Assembly: GCA_002269645.1 (NCBI GenBank) | Contig: NIVC01000166.1 | Location: forward strand, 634,737 to 698,736 | Origin: Macrostomum lignano | Taxonomy: Eukaryota | DNA length: 64,000 bases | Reading direction: 5' to 3' | Part shown: positions 35,734 to 49,100 of the stretch, piece after piece | Position numbering within the stretch: position 1 is the first letter of the stretch | How the letters are laid out: every line of letters begins with the position of its first letter | The notes under the pieces: generated by a model | Told to the model about the DNA's origin: nothing | Database searches by the model: none | The model's input: the letters and a program-made list of their open reading frames with translations, nothing else | Position numbers and translations under genes: made by a program

Positions 35734-36005
35734 AGTAGTATTTGCATCGCGGCATAGTCTTTTTGTCAGAGAAGCAGATCTACTATGCCAATACAATTCA
35801 ATGATTTATTTATCGAGCAAGTACAAGTTCTCTTCATAGCTTTTGTGTAAGTTCAGGAAGCCAAATAAAGAAAATGCGATGCGCCAGTCAAGGCATCGGT
35901 TTTACAAGTACATCAATGTGTGCTCATAGTACGGAAAACTCAGCTTTTAAACTTTAAAATATGATTCCTATGATGGTGTACCGCAGTCTGAAAAATTGCC
36001 TCAGG

Positions 36006-36865
36006 TCAGCATTTCCTAATCTCCGCAGTCGCTCCTGATTTACAGCTATCGCTCTTCATCTCTTTCGAGTTTACATCCACAGCCTCTTTTGCTGCCAGGC
36101 GTTTCACCTTGGCGCGCCGGTTCTGAAACCAGGTAGTGACCTGAGACCCGCTAAGGCCCAGCTGCTCAGCCACGGCGTCTCTGCGCTGCACGCTGAGGTA
36201 CCGGTGCTGACGGAATTGACGCTCCAGGGCCGTCAGCTGCGTCGCTGTAAAAGTAGTCCGACTTTTGCGCCTCTGGCGCTGGCTGGTTGACTGATCCTGT
36301 GTCCCAGATGCAGCTGTCGTTGATGCTGACGCTCTGCCAGCTGCTACGGCTGCTCCAGATGATGCTGACGATGATAAGACTGCAGCGATTGAGACGGCTG
36401 TCTTCCAGGGTCCTGTGGAGCAATTAATTAATCTTCGTCTCACCACCAGCGCTGAGGCAACTCACACACACGCTCACACACAGTTGACAGCGGCCGGCCT
36501 GACTTTCTAATCGTCAGACATGTACACTCCCTTTTGCTTGGGGGTCATCCTTCTTGAAGTAAGTAAGTAAGTAAGTAAGTAAGCAAGTAAGCAAGTAAGT
36601 AAGTAAGTAAGTAAGCAAGTAAGTTACCCGAGCTCTGTCCGTCGCTGCTGAATCCTGTCAAAGTCTGGGCGGTGAGTCGAATCAATCGATCGAGCGGCGA
36701 CTGGTCCTCTTTGAAGTTACCGCAGCCAGATCCTTGTTGCAGCTCCTCATTTTCCGCGGACACAACTGGAACTTCGGTCACAAAATTTCTGTTTTCAATT
36801 TCTAATTTATTTGTTTCTAGATTGTCCTCAAGAGTTATAAGATCTTTGATGAAAAAAGACTTCAT
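36006..36865 (-). CDS. Lbx: Divergent ladybird (Lbx)-like NK-class homeobox protein, 214 aa
   Basis: Exons 36865-36628 and 36412-36006 (phase 1, 645 nt). eh1 motif SFFIKDLI; SPLDRLIRLTAQTLTG resembles the Lbx SPLxALEELASKTFKG motif; homeodomain RRKSRTTFT..VTTWFQNRRAKVKR. Confidence 0.8.
36557..36622. repeat. (TAAG)n microsatellite next to the Lbx splice donor
   Basis: Directly visible. Confidence 0.95.
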
Positions 36866-39682
36866 GATTTTCTGTTTGAGAATGATTGCAGTAGTTGTTT
36901 TGGATCTTCTGATCTTTTCGGTCTTTTATAGGCTGCAGTTGAAAATTGGTAAGCCAACCTCCCAGGTTAAAGACCATTTGATTCCCCTTAGGCTACAGCC
37001 AACAGCAGCGGTGTCAGCTGACCATCTTTGCCGCCGAGCCCTCGGCCCACGGAATTATTTGTCCATGCGGTTTCGTGTGAACCGTTGGCAAACAATTCTG
37101 GTTCGGGCGGGCGGAAGTTGACGGATTGGGTCAAAGTTTCAAGAATAGTGGATGGCTTTCCAGCTGGGTGATATCAATTGTACTGGGCATGTCGCTGCGT
37201 GGCTTCTCTTAATTAAAATTCAAAACAGCAGAATGCGTGCATGGCAGCTTCAGTGCGGATTCGGTGAGAAACTATTTTTCCAAGAAAGGGCAGCTAATTT
37301 TCTGTCGGGAATAACTTTGCTACACACCAAAAATGTTTGTGGTTCTGCTTTCAGGAAGTGCAAAGCAACAAACCAAACTTGTTGATTCGGCATTTTTTTA
37401 GTTTTCAGCTAAAATTAAACAAGATATTGTCAGTCGTATTCTATATGAAAATTTAAATGTAGGTAACAAAGTGCTCGTACTAATAACAGTAAGCCTATAC
37501 TTCTTGTTCCAAAATCTACGAGTCTATACGGTAGGTTTAGAACCAAGAAGCTATGTATGCGTGTACCTTTTCGTGTACCTTTGCGTGTAACTTTGACTTG
37601 ATTCTTCTTGATTCTCTTCTTCTTGATTCTTCTTGATTCTTGATTGATAAGAAACATATTTTCTGCTCCTCCAGTCAAGAGTCATCTGAACAGGAGCTCC
37701 GGAATGTGTTCGTCAGAAGTAGCTCGGGGTATCGCGTTGTTCGCCTTTAGACTCGTCTCCACGGACCCTCAGGTTGTGTAACGGCTCGCGGCAGCGACTC
37801 TCCGACTGGATGACGTGGGTAGCCAGCCTGAGTCGCCTCTCGCGCAGCAGGTCAGGAGGCCTCTTGACATTGGACTCTGAGCCCGGACCGCAGCACCCGT
37901 CGGCGACATCAGCCAATGTTTCGGATGTCCATCGCTGAAAATGGGTACTTTTACATGACACCGACACTTTGCCGACCGTATAACGTCGTCATCCGTCGGA
38001 GTAATGTAAAAAACTTAAATTTATTAGCTATGCAGCGACGTCCATCTACGTCGGGACGTCGGCGTACATCGGAAAATTGCACGGGTCATGCATTATTAAA
38101 AGCTACTCCTGAATGTTATTTGCACCCGCTGCTGACTACATGAGCAGAGGGTACCGATATGGAGACTCACCAACTAATCTCCGAACTACTAGTATAGTTA
38201 GTCATGAATCATCTACGGTAAGTCTCGATGCTGTACAACAGGAAAAGCTACAGGCGTAGTACTCTTTGTCATTCCTGACCTTATTCGATCACAGAGATAT
38301 TTTAGTCCCCATAAAAGCATGCTAAACTGCAGTTTTACGATGTCATTCATCAAGCCCAGCAGATTAGACTAGAGTTATCTGCAATTTAGCTCGTAAATAT
38401 TCTTTCCCTCGGTGACGACTGTAACGAGAAAAATACAACTGGTCAAGGGGAGTAAATTTATTACAGGTTTGTGTAAGTAAACGATTGTTGCTTATATTCA
38501 GCTTGTTGGAGACAATCCTTGTCGTCAGGCATTATAGGTTGTATCCAAAATTTGACCAATTGTCTAGCTGGGCAGGTATAACCTATAGCAGTTGCCTTAT
38601 TTCGAGTAAACAAATGATCGACTAACTTAGGGAAAATAGTTCCGAAACCCTGATGGAACACTTTTCGTCAAGTTTCGATAGTTAAAGTGAGTCAATACAG
38701 CTAGGCCTGTAGCTATACTAATCTGCGCCTGCTGGTTGGACCGCGACAATAAATCACCAACAGCAATTATCAGCAGCCACTGTTTTGAAGCAGTTTCGAC
38801 CACCGTATGAACATGCAACAAGCCCCGGCCAGTATAGGGTTTGCTCTAGCTGTATACGGATCGCTTCCATTTGAAATCTCGCGAGCCTTTGTCCGCATCT
38901 GGATCTTCCCTTAACTACCCTAACCGGTAAAAGCTATCCCTATACAGCTAGCAACAAGTAAAAAGATGACGGTAATTTGTCCGTGACACAGTGTATGACA
39001 GTCCCGGAATGTCCGCGACCCACAAACTGCGCGCGCAACAATGTTTAAACACAATTTACACTGTGACTGCATGGCTGAATAGGCCCGCCCGCCTGCACTG
39101 CCCTTGTTGAAAACTGGTAATAGATTTAGCAACCGTTGAATGCTTGGACGTTCGGAAGCGCAAGTTCCTAAGGTGTAATTATATGAATATTTAAAGAAAA
39201 ATATAGGTGGAAACCTGCAAGTACGGTCATACATTAAAACAAAACCATGCGGATTCGAGTTCAATTACAAGCTACCTACCTGTACTGTTCGCTGCATTTA
39301 TGGAACTCTATAGAGCATAGAGCATCTATTAGAGCTTATAGAGCATCTATGCATTTATAGAACGATCTGTTAAAATGAACAGTAGTATACATTCATACAA
39401 TACACACTGACCTTGCCAGCAATTATGGCCTTTATCTGGGATTGATATTGAATTCAAACGTTGTATGCAAATTCAAGCTGGGAGGGCTTTGAACTTAGCA
39501 AGAGAGGGGATTGAGAGCGACCAGCACCAGCGCTAAATGCTACGGCAAATGACAAAGGGCCAGACAAAGGGCCAAGGGCCAGACAAAGGGCCAAGGGCCA
39601 GACAAAGAACTTAGCGCATGACTGCGGGCCATAGGATAGGAGAAAATAAAGAGATAGAGGAGAGAGATAAAAGAAGAGACAC

Positions 39683-40040
39683 CCCTAGAGGACATTCTGT
39701 TTCTCAAACTTTAGCAGATCTTGTCTCTATGCCATTCTTAGCAGATCTTCTCAATCTGCCCGGTTCTTGCAGGATCTTCTAAGATGGGAGGTACATTTGT
39801 TTTGTTATTCATTTGGCTAAACTGTTCTAGCTGAACTATATTTATTTTATATGTTATTTAATTGTCAATATTTTATATTTTATATTATCTATGGGACAAT
39901 AAATTTAAGAAAATATGCGATTCGAAGCTATAAAAAGATATAAAAACGAAGATCTTGCACGTTCTTGCAAGTACTTTGCGCAGCAACCCAAGAAAATAGA
40001 TAGGATCTGTTAAGAATCAACAAGTCAATGTCTTCTAGGG
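39683..40040. mobile_element. 358-bp MITE with 14-bp TIRs (CCCTAGAGGACATT / AATGTCTTCTAGGG) and a 4-bp TSD ACAC
   Basis: TIRs have one mismatch; ACAC is immediately outside both ends; the interior is AT-rich and non-coding. Confidence 0.75.
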
Positions 40041-40082
40041 ACACGATCTAGGGCGAGAGGCGCGAGGCGAAAATAGAGGAGA

Positions 40083-42077
40083 TGATGGGTTTCGACCTTT
40101 CAGGCCCCTTGTGAGGAAGCCTTCGGGCCTCAGGCCTCAGAAATAAATCAATTAGAGTCCTGGCCCCCCACTCCTGTCAGATGGTCAGCCCCATGGTAGC
40201 TTGATCGTGTGGCGAGCAGTCTAGGTCCTATAGCTAAGAGAGGGACAGCGAGAGACAAGCAGGGAGAATTTTGAAGGTAGAGATTAGCTAATCCGCAGAT
40301 CAACTAACTCGCTGCCACCAGCCCGTGCGTCCTGGCTTACCACACCGGGGCTCTCGAAATCGGGCTTCCGAATAGAAGGGGCTTTGCACTTACCTGCCAA
40401 CTAGTGTCTTTTTGCTGTCAATCTCGAAGTCATAGCCGATGATAAGGGACACTGCTGGGACTAGATCGCATTGGCCATGCAGGTACAGAAGGGAATTGTG
40501 CAGGGGATTCTTGCAGTGGCGAGTCTATGGGGTAGCTACATGTACTATTGCATTGCTAAATACGAAGATATGTACTTTTGGCCTTCAACGCGCCAACTAG
40601 CCTCTCGTAGCGCTGATGATAGGCTAACTCGAACACCGGAGACCGCATGATTCATTACCCGAGCCGCTTGGCGAACCTAGAGTGCACAAAGTACATCTCT
40701 GGCGCCGATTTTGCACTATTGGCAATTTTGCTCACTGATTTGATAGATTGATCGACTGAGAACCGCCTTGCCATTGGTCCACTGTGACCGGCGCCTACTA
40801 GCTTAGCTACTCATCTGAGCCATCGGCGAACAAAGAAATAAAACCGATAAAAATAACTGTTAGATTTAACCTTCTCCTTAGATCACTTCACACATCACTC
40901 ATCAGATTGAATTGGAGTTTTAGACTACTAGCAGTATTATTGAATGACTTCTGCCTCAGCGACAGCACTACTGAACAAAATGAGCAAAAGTGTGTGCCTT
41001 ATTCAGCAACTGAAACAGGGGACAGATAGGGGATCACCCACTCAAGCAAGTCTAGGTAGCCTCTCACCCAACCAATCAGAAACTCAAGAGCCGGAGACCA
41101 GGTAATCCACAGTAACCGAATCGGCTTGATGCTCTGTAGCTGCAGACTCGGGATGATGCTGTCACAGTCTTCGCAGATAGCTAGCAGGTGATGCTCTTTG
41201 CTTGATGTTCGCTGCTGATGACCGGGGGATTCGTCCTTGATGATGATGGGGGGAAGTCGCAATCCGGGGATCAAGAAACGACGGTCGCGCTCTGGGAACC
41301 AGAAGTTGCGTGCTGGGCCAGAGCAAGTTGGAGTCCGAGCGGGCCAAAAACACCGGTTTAAATAGCTGCCAACTGGACCGAAGTTTGTTATAATGGAACA
41401 CGTCGATTCTGATTGGCTGAGCCGTTTTGTTAAAATGAGCGCCGAATTTTCTGATTGGCTAAGCTTGTTGCTACCCAGAATCACGTGACCGGGAGATCCT
41501 ATCAGTTCCCACAGGATCGTAAAAAGATGACAGGTGCGGCCATAAATCAATCAAAATCGCAACAAAATGATTTATGACTTTTCGCGTAGGATTGACAGAA
41601 ATTAATGAAAAAATATACATTAGAAAGCTCTTATTAAATAGAAGGTGAAGATAATGAAGAGAAATCGCTAATCGCTAATCCCAAAGTACTTTTAGGGGTA
41701 AAACGCATAGCTGTCAAAGCTGTCACATGCTTGAGTGAACACGATCAATAGGCCCTGACCTCATAAATCTTGATGGCCTGTCAAAATGATGAGAAAAAAA
41801 GCTCTCATTCGCATCCCCTCAGACCATCTGGCGCCTGCCTCAACACTGAGTGAGGCCAGGTGGCTGTCAGACCAGCTTCGAAAGCGATGATTTACGACCC
41901 AAAAAGCTGCGCCTATGTTATTATGACTACTAGTATGACCAAACATTATATCTAGTATAGATTCTATGACAATTTGCAGAAAAAGGATTAAAAATGCCCA
42001 TTGCTCACTGTTAGTAGGCTAGTAAGTTTAGAGCCCATGTGCTAGCGCGGGATTTGGAAAAAAGTGCGTCCTCATCA
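40083..42077 (-). mobile_element. ~2.0 kb solo-LTR-like element, copy B (4-bp TSD GAGA)
   Basis: TGATG..CATCA termini flanked by GAGA on both sides; reverse-complement homolog of 6936-8917. Confidence 0.87.
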
Positions 42078-43161
42078 GAGAGGAGAGAGGAGGGGAGAGG
42101 AGGGAGAGAGGAGAGGAGAGGAGAGGAAAGGAAAGATGAGATGAGAGAGGAGAGAAGAGAGGAGAGGAGAGATAGGAGAGAAGAGGAGATGAAGGGAGCT
42201 GAGAAAAGACACGAACCCTGAGCGGGCCGAATTTCTATTGTGAAGTTTCAAAGGATCTGAGCGCAGGATAGAGAGGCTTTGCGGGCCGCATGTGGCCCGC
42301 GGGCCAGAGTTTGCCGACCCCTGGTTTGTACACTTGCATGTGTAATAAATAGCGGTTTTTATTTTTCTCAAATTGCTCGGGATTGGGGCAATATTAATAA
42401 AGCAATTGGCATGCCCCTAATTTTTTGCGAGAGGACAACCCATCTAAAAAACTTTATTTCATTTGGCAAATAAAGGTATAAGAGCAAATGTCATCTGCCT
42501 CATGGCGTCAGTTGCTAATTATCACTGCAACGGTTGCCTATGAACTGGCATATTTCGTACATATGGCTTAGTGCGTTTAAACAAGGTATTACGTCAAACT
42601 GAAATTGAGTCGAATTTAATTATCGATGATGCGATCTTTGCCTATTATTTTTAACTTTTTAGCTAATATTTGTCACAATTTAACTTTTAAAATAGGATAA
42701 TTTTGAGTCATTTTCAAACTGAAAGTATAATTTTCTATGAATTCTAACATATCCAATAGATTCAAATAGAACTGTTAAGAAAATCGTCGCATTATTATTC
42801 GTTGGTAGTATAGATTGCGTTAAATTGCTTAGGGCTAGTCCGCTTTGTTGGTGGTTATTTGTTTTAAGTTAGACCCTTTAGGTAAATAACATTATTTATT
42901 CATTTTTTGTGTTCGAGCCAGTGCAGGGGGTGTGCAGGGCAAGCTGTAGGGGGCCTAGCCTGTAGCAAGCCAAAAATGCTCAGAAAACAGTTGCTGTACT
43001 AGCTTAAATTACTAGGCCTATTTTACAAAGCAGTAAGAGGCAAAGGCTGGTAAAATTTAATTTGATCTGTCAGTTTTATACAATTATCAGTCTACTCAAA
43101 AAAAATATTTAAAGTGAAACCTGATTTAGTTTGCTTTTTTATGAAACAACAAAGCCTAAAT

Positions 43162-46100
43162 ATGTCTGCAGAAATTGATACATCACGACTGCCTTTGGAT
43201 GTTCGAGCTAAGCTTGCCGAATTAGAGCTTGAGTTATCTGATGGTAAGATATATTTTGCAAATGAAAAAGTTGTTAAAATTATTAAAAAATTTGAACATT
43301 CTTCATTGATATTGTGAATATGATAAACTTTTGAATTTTTTTCAAAAAGTGTTATAAGATAGATAGATAGATAGATAGATAGATATAGATAGATAAAGCT
43401 AGTGTTCCACTGTAAGGAGGGTCCATATACTGTAGCCGTAGCCATAAGCAAAACTATGGCTAATTCCAATTCTCCATATTCCATAGCCATAGGGACCCCA
43501 AAATTACCATATTCCCATAGTTCCCATAGCCGTAGCCATAGTGTTAACAAAAAGTCTAGAAAACAAAATATTTTGAATCAAAAAGATAACCTAGTGGCAG
43601 TGCTTAAACAACTGCAAATTAAGTTAGAAAATAAAAGAAACACTCAATTGCCCTTGTAAGATTATATTTTGTCTTTTTTCAGAGCAACAATACTTAATCG
43701 TTACTGAAAGTACTAGCACTAAACTTTTTCACATTAATTAAAATTAGAGTTTGCTAGTGTTTTATTGTACTTTTTTAGATATATTTTATAAGTTTCTAGG
43801 TTGATAAATAGTTAACTAAAAGTATTTTTGTTTTATTTTACCTGTTTCTAATATTTTTTTCAATTTTTTAATATTAATAACTATGGCTATAGGAATCTAC
43901 CGAGTGTGACAGTAACTACTATATTTCCATAGTCGTAGCCATAAGAGCAGCTAGCTACCATAGGTATATCCGTAGCTGCCATAGGCACCTATTTTATGGC
44001 ATTTGCCATAGGATCCCATAGCCATAACTATGGCTATGGCGGAACACTAGATAAAGCCACTTTGATTTCATACTAGCACTATCTTTTTGAATCCAACTAT
44101 AAGCCATCATGCCTAAGTCTTGAATCTGGTTGATTTTGGCAACAAACTATTTAGGTAACAACCATTTTAGTGACAAGTCATTCCATAGTCTGGATCATGC
44201 TGGGTACATGCCCGAACAAAAATTGAATAAATACAAATGCACACCAAAAAAATTAGTGCATCCCATTTTCAAAAATATACAGGTTTTGTGATAATAAATA
44301 GCCTTTTTTTACATTGTGACAATAAATTACCTTTTTTAAATTGCATAATAGACCCTTATTAGCAGATAATTTGGTTGATTTTTATGCTTTTTGGCAATAT
44401 TATTTATAGAGAAAAATTGATATATATATAAAGATTTGGTTAAATGTTTTTTTTCAAGCTTGAAATTTACATTTAAAAATGAACTTTTTTTCATTTTTTT
44501 CTACTTTACAATAACTCTTACATGTGATTCTATAAAGTGCATGCTAGATATGCACATATATTATTTTATAAAGAGTGATGCATGCCAACTGTGCATGCCT
44601 AATTTTGGCATGCAAGGCCAATGCCAGGGTCTGGATCATTTAGTAGTATACACCAAAACAAGAATCCTATCTTAGCTAAATGTATACCAGTATATGCCAA
44701 AAACAAAAAAATTCTCTAAAATGTACACCAAATATTCCTCCTAAAAATGTCACTTGGTTTTCATGAGTAGAGTTTTGTAAGAAAGGCTTTTGTACGAAAA
44801 GTCTTTAAATATTACAAATATTTTCATTTTAAACAAACTTAAATTAAACTTTTCAAAAAATGCTAAATTAATGTTCTTAGCAATCATTTATACTAATTTT
44901 TTTATTGTTAATTTTAAAAAAGTAAAAAGTTTAATTCAACTTGTAGTATACTTTAATAACTTTCTCGAAATTTCATCAGATTTCTAAAAGTTAAAAGATT
45001 ATTATTTTTCCAAAAACTTCTTCGAGTTAGCAGCTTATCTATAACATATACATATAAGTAGTAAATAATTAATTATTATTCAACTGTTAATATTCTATAC
45101 TTGTATTTACATAACATATAATTAAGTGTTAATTGCTTTGTTAAGATGCACTAAAATGACTTGTCACCAAAATTGACTGTTGTTAGTCTTATATTTTTTA
45201 TATATATGTCAGAAAAGTCTGCTATAGACCTACAATGGACATGAAAAAATAGTTGGTGTAAATATCTAGTATACAGAATAATCTATAGGAGAATTATGCC
45301 ATATAGCCTATGGCATAGCTGTAAGAATACAAAAGACTAAAATATTATAATGCAAAAAGTTCCTTTATGGTTGCAATACCTTTTTGATAATGTTCAACAT
45401 ATATATCATAAGTAAATTTGTTTTTCTAGTATAAACTTGAATTTAATGCCTTATGGTATAAACTCTTAAAGGGTCACTTTTTTCTGGTATAGAATTTAAT
45501 AGATTTGAGAGTGTGGCTATAGTATATGCTAGCCGAGGTTGGAAATTTTCATTATTTTTTGGATATCCTTCACATGTCATAGGCCTAATTATATATTATT
45601 AGATTTTTATAGTTGAATCATAGAATAAATGACTAAAGCTTGGCTAATGTAGAATTTTATATACAAAAATTGCAATGCATTTCTGTATTTGGGAAAAATT
45701 GTAAAGAACTGTGCTAGGTAAAAAAATTGCCTATCACACCTGTTTTGATAGCAAAAAATGTTAATTTTTGCAATTGCTTGCTAAAAACTAGTGTGATTAC
45801 ATACTAAAAACATAATGCAAAGCACTGTTGCACCATTAAATATATTGACAACTTTATTGAATGTGGGAATAAAAAGATTGCAAATTATATTCATGTTATT
45901 GTTTGTAATTAACAATTTTTTTAATTTAAAAATTATTCCAATTGAAAAAGTAAAAAAGCAAAGATAAAGCAAAGATAAATCAAGTCACAAATGTAAAAAT
46001 TGTCTAAAAAAACAAAAATTGCCATATTTAACCTTGTTTAAGATTGTTAAATTGTGTTTGATTTCATATAAAATTATATATCAAAAAGTAGCAATTTTCC

Positions 46101-49100
46101 ATTTGATTTACTAGATGCAAGAATTCTATATTGGAAGCTTAGTTGGCTTGATTATTTTATTAAATTGTATTAGTTACATTTTAATTTTATCTTGGCCTCG
46201 ATGCTATATGCTGCTATTTATTTACTAGAACCAAAATTAATAATTTTGTTAAGAATTGTATCATAGAATAAATTGTTTTTAGTCATAATTTCAAATAAGT
46301 CAATATTATATAAATTATTTTTTATTTGAAAATAAAATGCAATCTATATCTAAAAAATCTGTCAATTTGGTATTAAGGTCCAAGTAGATACCAAAATGAT
46401 AGCATTGGCTAATAGTAATATCACATAAACTTGTATTATTAGCAAATAGAATTAGCAGTAAAAATTAGGTTATTATGATATAAAAAATTTTAGGTCACAT
46501 TATTTGTCACTATTAAATTAGTCTAAGGGTTCAATCAATCTAGGTTTGCATTATGTCACTATAGAAGTACATGTAGGTCATATCAGTCTGGGTGTTAGGT
46601 TGTATCAGTCTAAATATGGGCCATATCAAAAGGTTTAGGTCATGTTGGTTTAAGTTTGGGTCAGCTGTGGGTCATGTCAGTCTAGCCATGGGTCATGTCA
46701 GTCTAGCTGTGGGTCATGTCAGTCTAGCTGTGGTTCATGTCAGTCTAGCCATGGGCCATGTCAGTCTAGCTGTGGGTCATCATGTCAGTCTAGCTGTGGG
46801 TCATGTCAGTCTAGCCATGGGCCAAGTCAGTCTAGCTGTGGGTCATGTCAGTCTAGCTGTGGGTCATGTCAGTCTAGCCATGGGTCATGTCAGTCTTGCT
46901 GTGGGTCATGTCAGTGTAGCTGTGGGTCATGTCAGTCTAGCTGTGGGTCATGTCAGTGAAGCTGTGGGTCATGTCAGTGAAGCTGTGGGTCATGTCAGTG
47001 AACCTGTTGGTCATGTCAGTCTAGCCGTGGGCCATGCCAGACTTCAGTTTCATTGGGAATAATTAAAGCTGCAATATTCCTGCAACACCAGGCGACATCA
47101 CGCAGAAAGGCTACGAGAAGAAGCGAGCCAAGCTTCTAGACCCCTACATGGGCCGGCAGCAGCCTCCTAATACCCAGGCCCAGTCCCAGCCACAGGCCCA
47201 GTCCCAGTCCCGGCCCAAAGACGCCAGTCCAGACGACAGCAGCGGCGGTAGTCCTCGAATCCGACGTCCTCGGCATCACCGACGCGACGATCTGCGCTAT
47301 CAGTCGGACATCCGCACCGAAGCAGTTCAGGCCGCGCTGGCCAAGCACCGCGAGAGTGCTGGGCCTTCGACTGGCGGCGGGGCGGGAAATCACAGCGGCA
47401 GCAGCAGCACAGCAATGCCGCTGGCAGCGGTGCGAAGGCAGCCTTCGTCGGCGATGACGCAATCGACTATGGGAGCGGCCGCGTTTGCGTCGGCCGATCG
47501 GGAGCATTGTAAGTTCAAGTTCACGGGTCCAAGCGGCACTTGTTTGAATTAGTGATCGTTTCTTAGAAACCTTTTTTGAAGGCTTGTTTTTTACGGGAAA
47601 TAAGTACTGACTTTTTATCACCTAGCCGATATGTATCGAAAGTATCTAATATCCACGTGACCAATATGCAGAAAGTTTAGCTAGAAAGTAAAAAATCAGG
47701 TATTGCAATGTTTTGCATAAATTCAGCCTTCAATAGTTTTCTAAGAAACCTAACTGCTGAATTCCTACTTGATATGCGTTTCGCCTTAAAATCTTTGTTT
47801 CAAAATCTTTCCAGGTAGTGCTGGCGTATACCGAAGCTAGAAATTTATTTACTTTATATACTAATAATTGTAAGATCGAGTCTGTACTAAATATTGATAA
47901 GTTGTCAATCGATCATGATTTCTGTTATTCGTAGCCATCCAATGGATGGGTTATTTCGTCAAGATGCACATCAACTCAATCAGCCACACGTTTCCATTTT
48001 TGCCGAAAAATCACTGTCTTAGGAAACAGCTTTATGTTACCGAGAATGATTCAAAATCGAATGGCCTAAAGCAGTGGTGGGCAAACTTTTTTACTTTAAG
48101 GGCCAGTTGAGAGAGGAAAGGAGAGCTGAGAGAAGATGAAAAATTGCAGAAGAGAGGAGAAGTGAGGGATGACATGAGAGTAGAGAAAATAAGAAGAGAA
48201 ATGGGAGGGGAGAGAGGAATGGGGAGAGAGGAATAGGGAGAGGGGAATAAGGAGAGGGGAATGGGGAGAGAGGAATGGGGAGAGGGAAATAAGGAGAGGG
48301 AAATAAGGAGAAGGGAATGGGGAGAGGGGAATAAGAAGAGGGGAATGGGGAGAGGGGAATAAGAAGAGGGGAATGGGGAGAGGGGAATAAGGAGAGGGGA
48401 ATGAGGAGAGGGGAATAAGGAGAAGGGAATGGGGAGAGGGGAATAAGAAGAGGGGAATGGGGAGAGGGGAATAAGGAGAAGGGAATAAGGAGAGGGGAAT
48501 AAGGAGAAGGGAATGGGGAGAGGGGAATAAGAAGAGGGGAATGGGGAGAGAGGAATGGGGAGAGGGGAATGGGGAGAGGGGAATGGGGAGAGGGGAATGA
48601 GGAGAGGGGAATAAGGAGAGGGGAATGGGGAGAGGGGAATGGGGAGAGGGGAATGGGGAGAGGGGAATGGGGAGAGGGGAATGGAGAGGGGAATGGGGAG
48701 AGAGGAATGGAGAGGGGAATTGGGAGAGGGGAATGGGGAGAGAGGAATGGGGAAAGAGGAATGGGGAAAGAGGAAAGGGAAGAGGGTAATGTGGAGAGAG
48801 GAAAGGAGAGAGGGAGAGAGGAGCTGAGAAGAGACAAAACTTGAGCGGGTAGATCTCTATTGTAAAGTTTGAAAGGACCTGAGGGCCGGATAGAGAGAGG
48901 TTTGCCGTCAAAAATTTAAAAGTTAAATTATACACATACGCCATAAGTAATTAATATTAAAAAGATAAGTAATTAACATAAACCCACCTGTTACTAATAT
49001 AATGATTAATAAGACTATGTACAGTAACTGCGGAATGAGAAATGACTGTCCGTGAGCTCTGGTTTTCGGCCACCAGAAGTTTCCCAAGAAAGAACTATTT

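Larger units (their letters stand above)
39540..42323 (+). mobile_element. hAT-like MITE with an internal purine tract (copy 1), interrupted by two nested insertions
   Basis: The right end GGCCCGCGGGCCAGAGTTTGCCGACCCCTG is typical of hAT/Charlie-like termini. 42197-42280 is homologous to 48820-48905. The left end is degenerate, with a duplicated AAGGGCCAGAC, so that boundary is approximate. Confidence 0.6.

Noticed and set aside
37713-39264. Short ORFs and CGACGTC-rich motifs shared loosely with 21690-21730
   Set aside because: No clear homology, termini or TSD could be defined; possibly old repeat debris.
42060-42080. CTGATGAG at the end of the 2-kb element, and CTGA..GAAA near the other end, as hammerhead ribozymes
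   Set aside because: No stem II closing onto GAAA after CTGATGA, and the second site lacks the CUGANGA core.
48091-48944. Pro/Ser/Leu-rich ORFs (also 54414-55628, 58871-59427, 59591-60478, 60777-61523, 46592-47062)
   Set aside because: They are translations of intronic tandem repeats; the DIP2 frame is complete without them.
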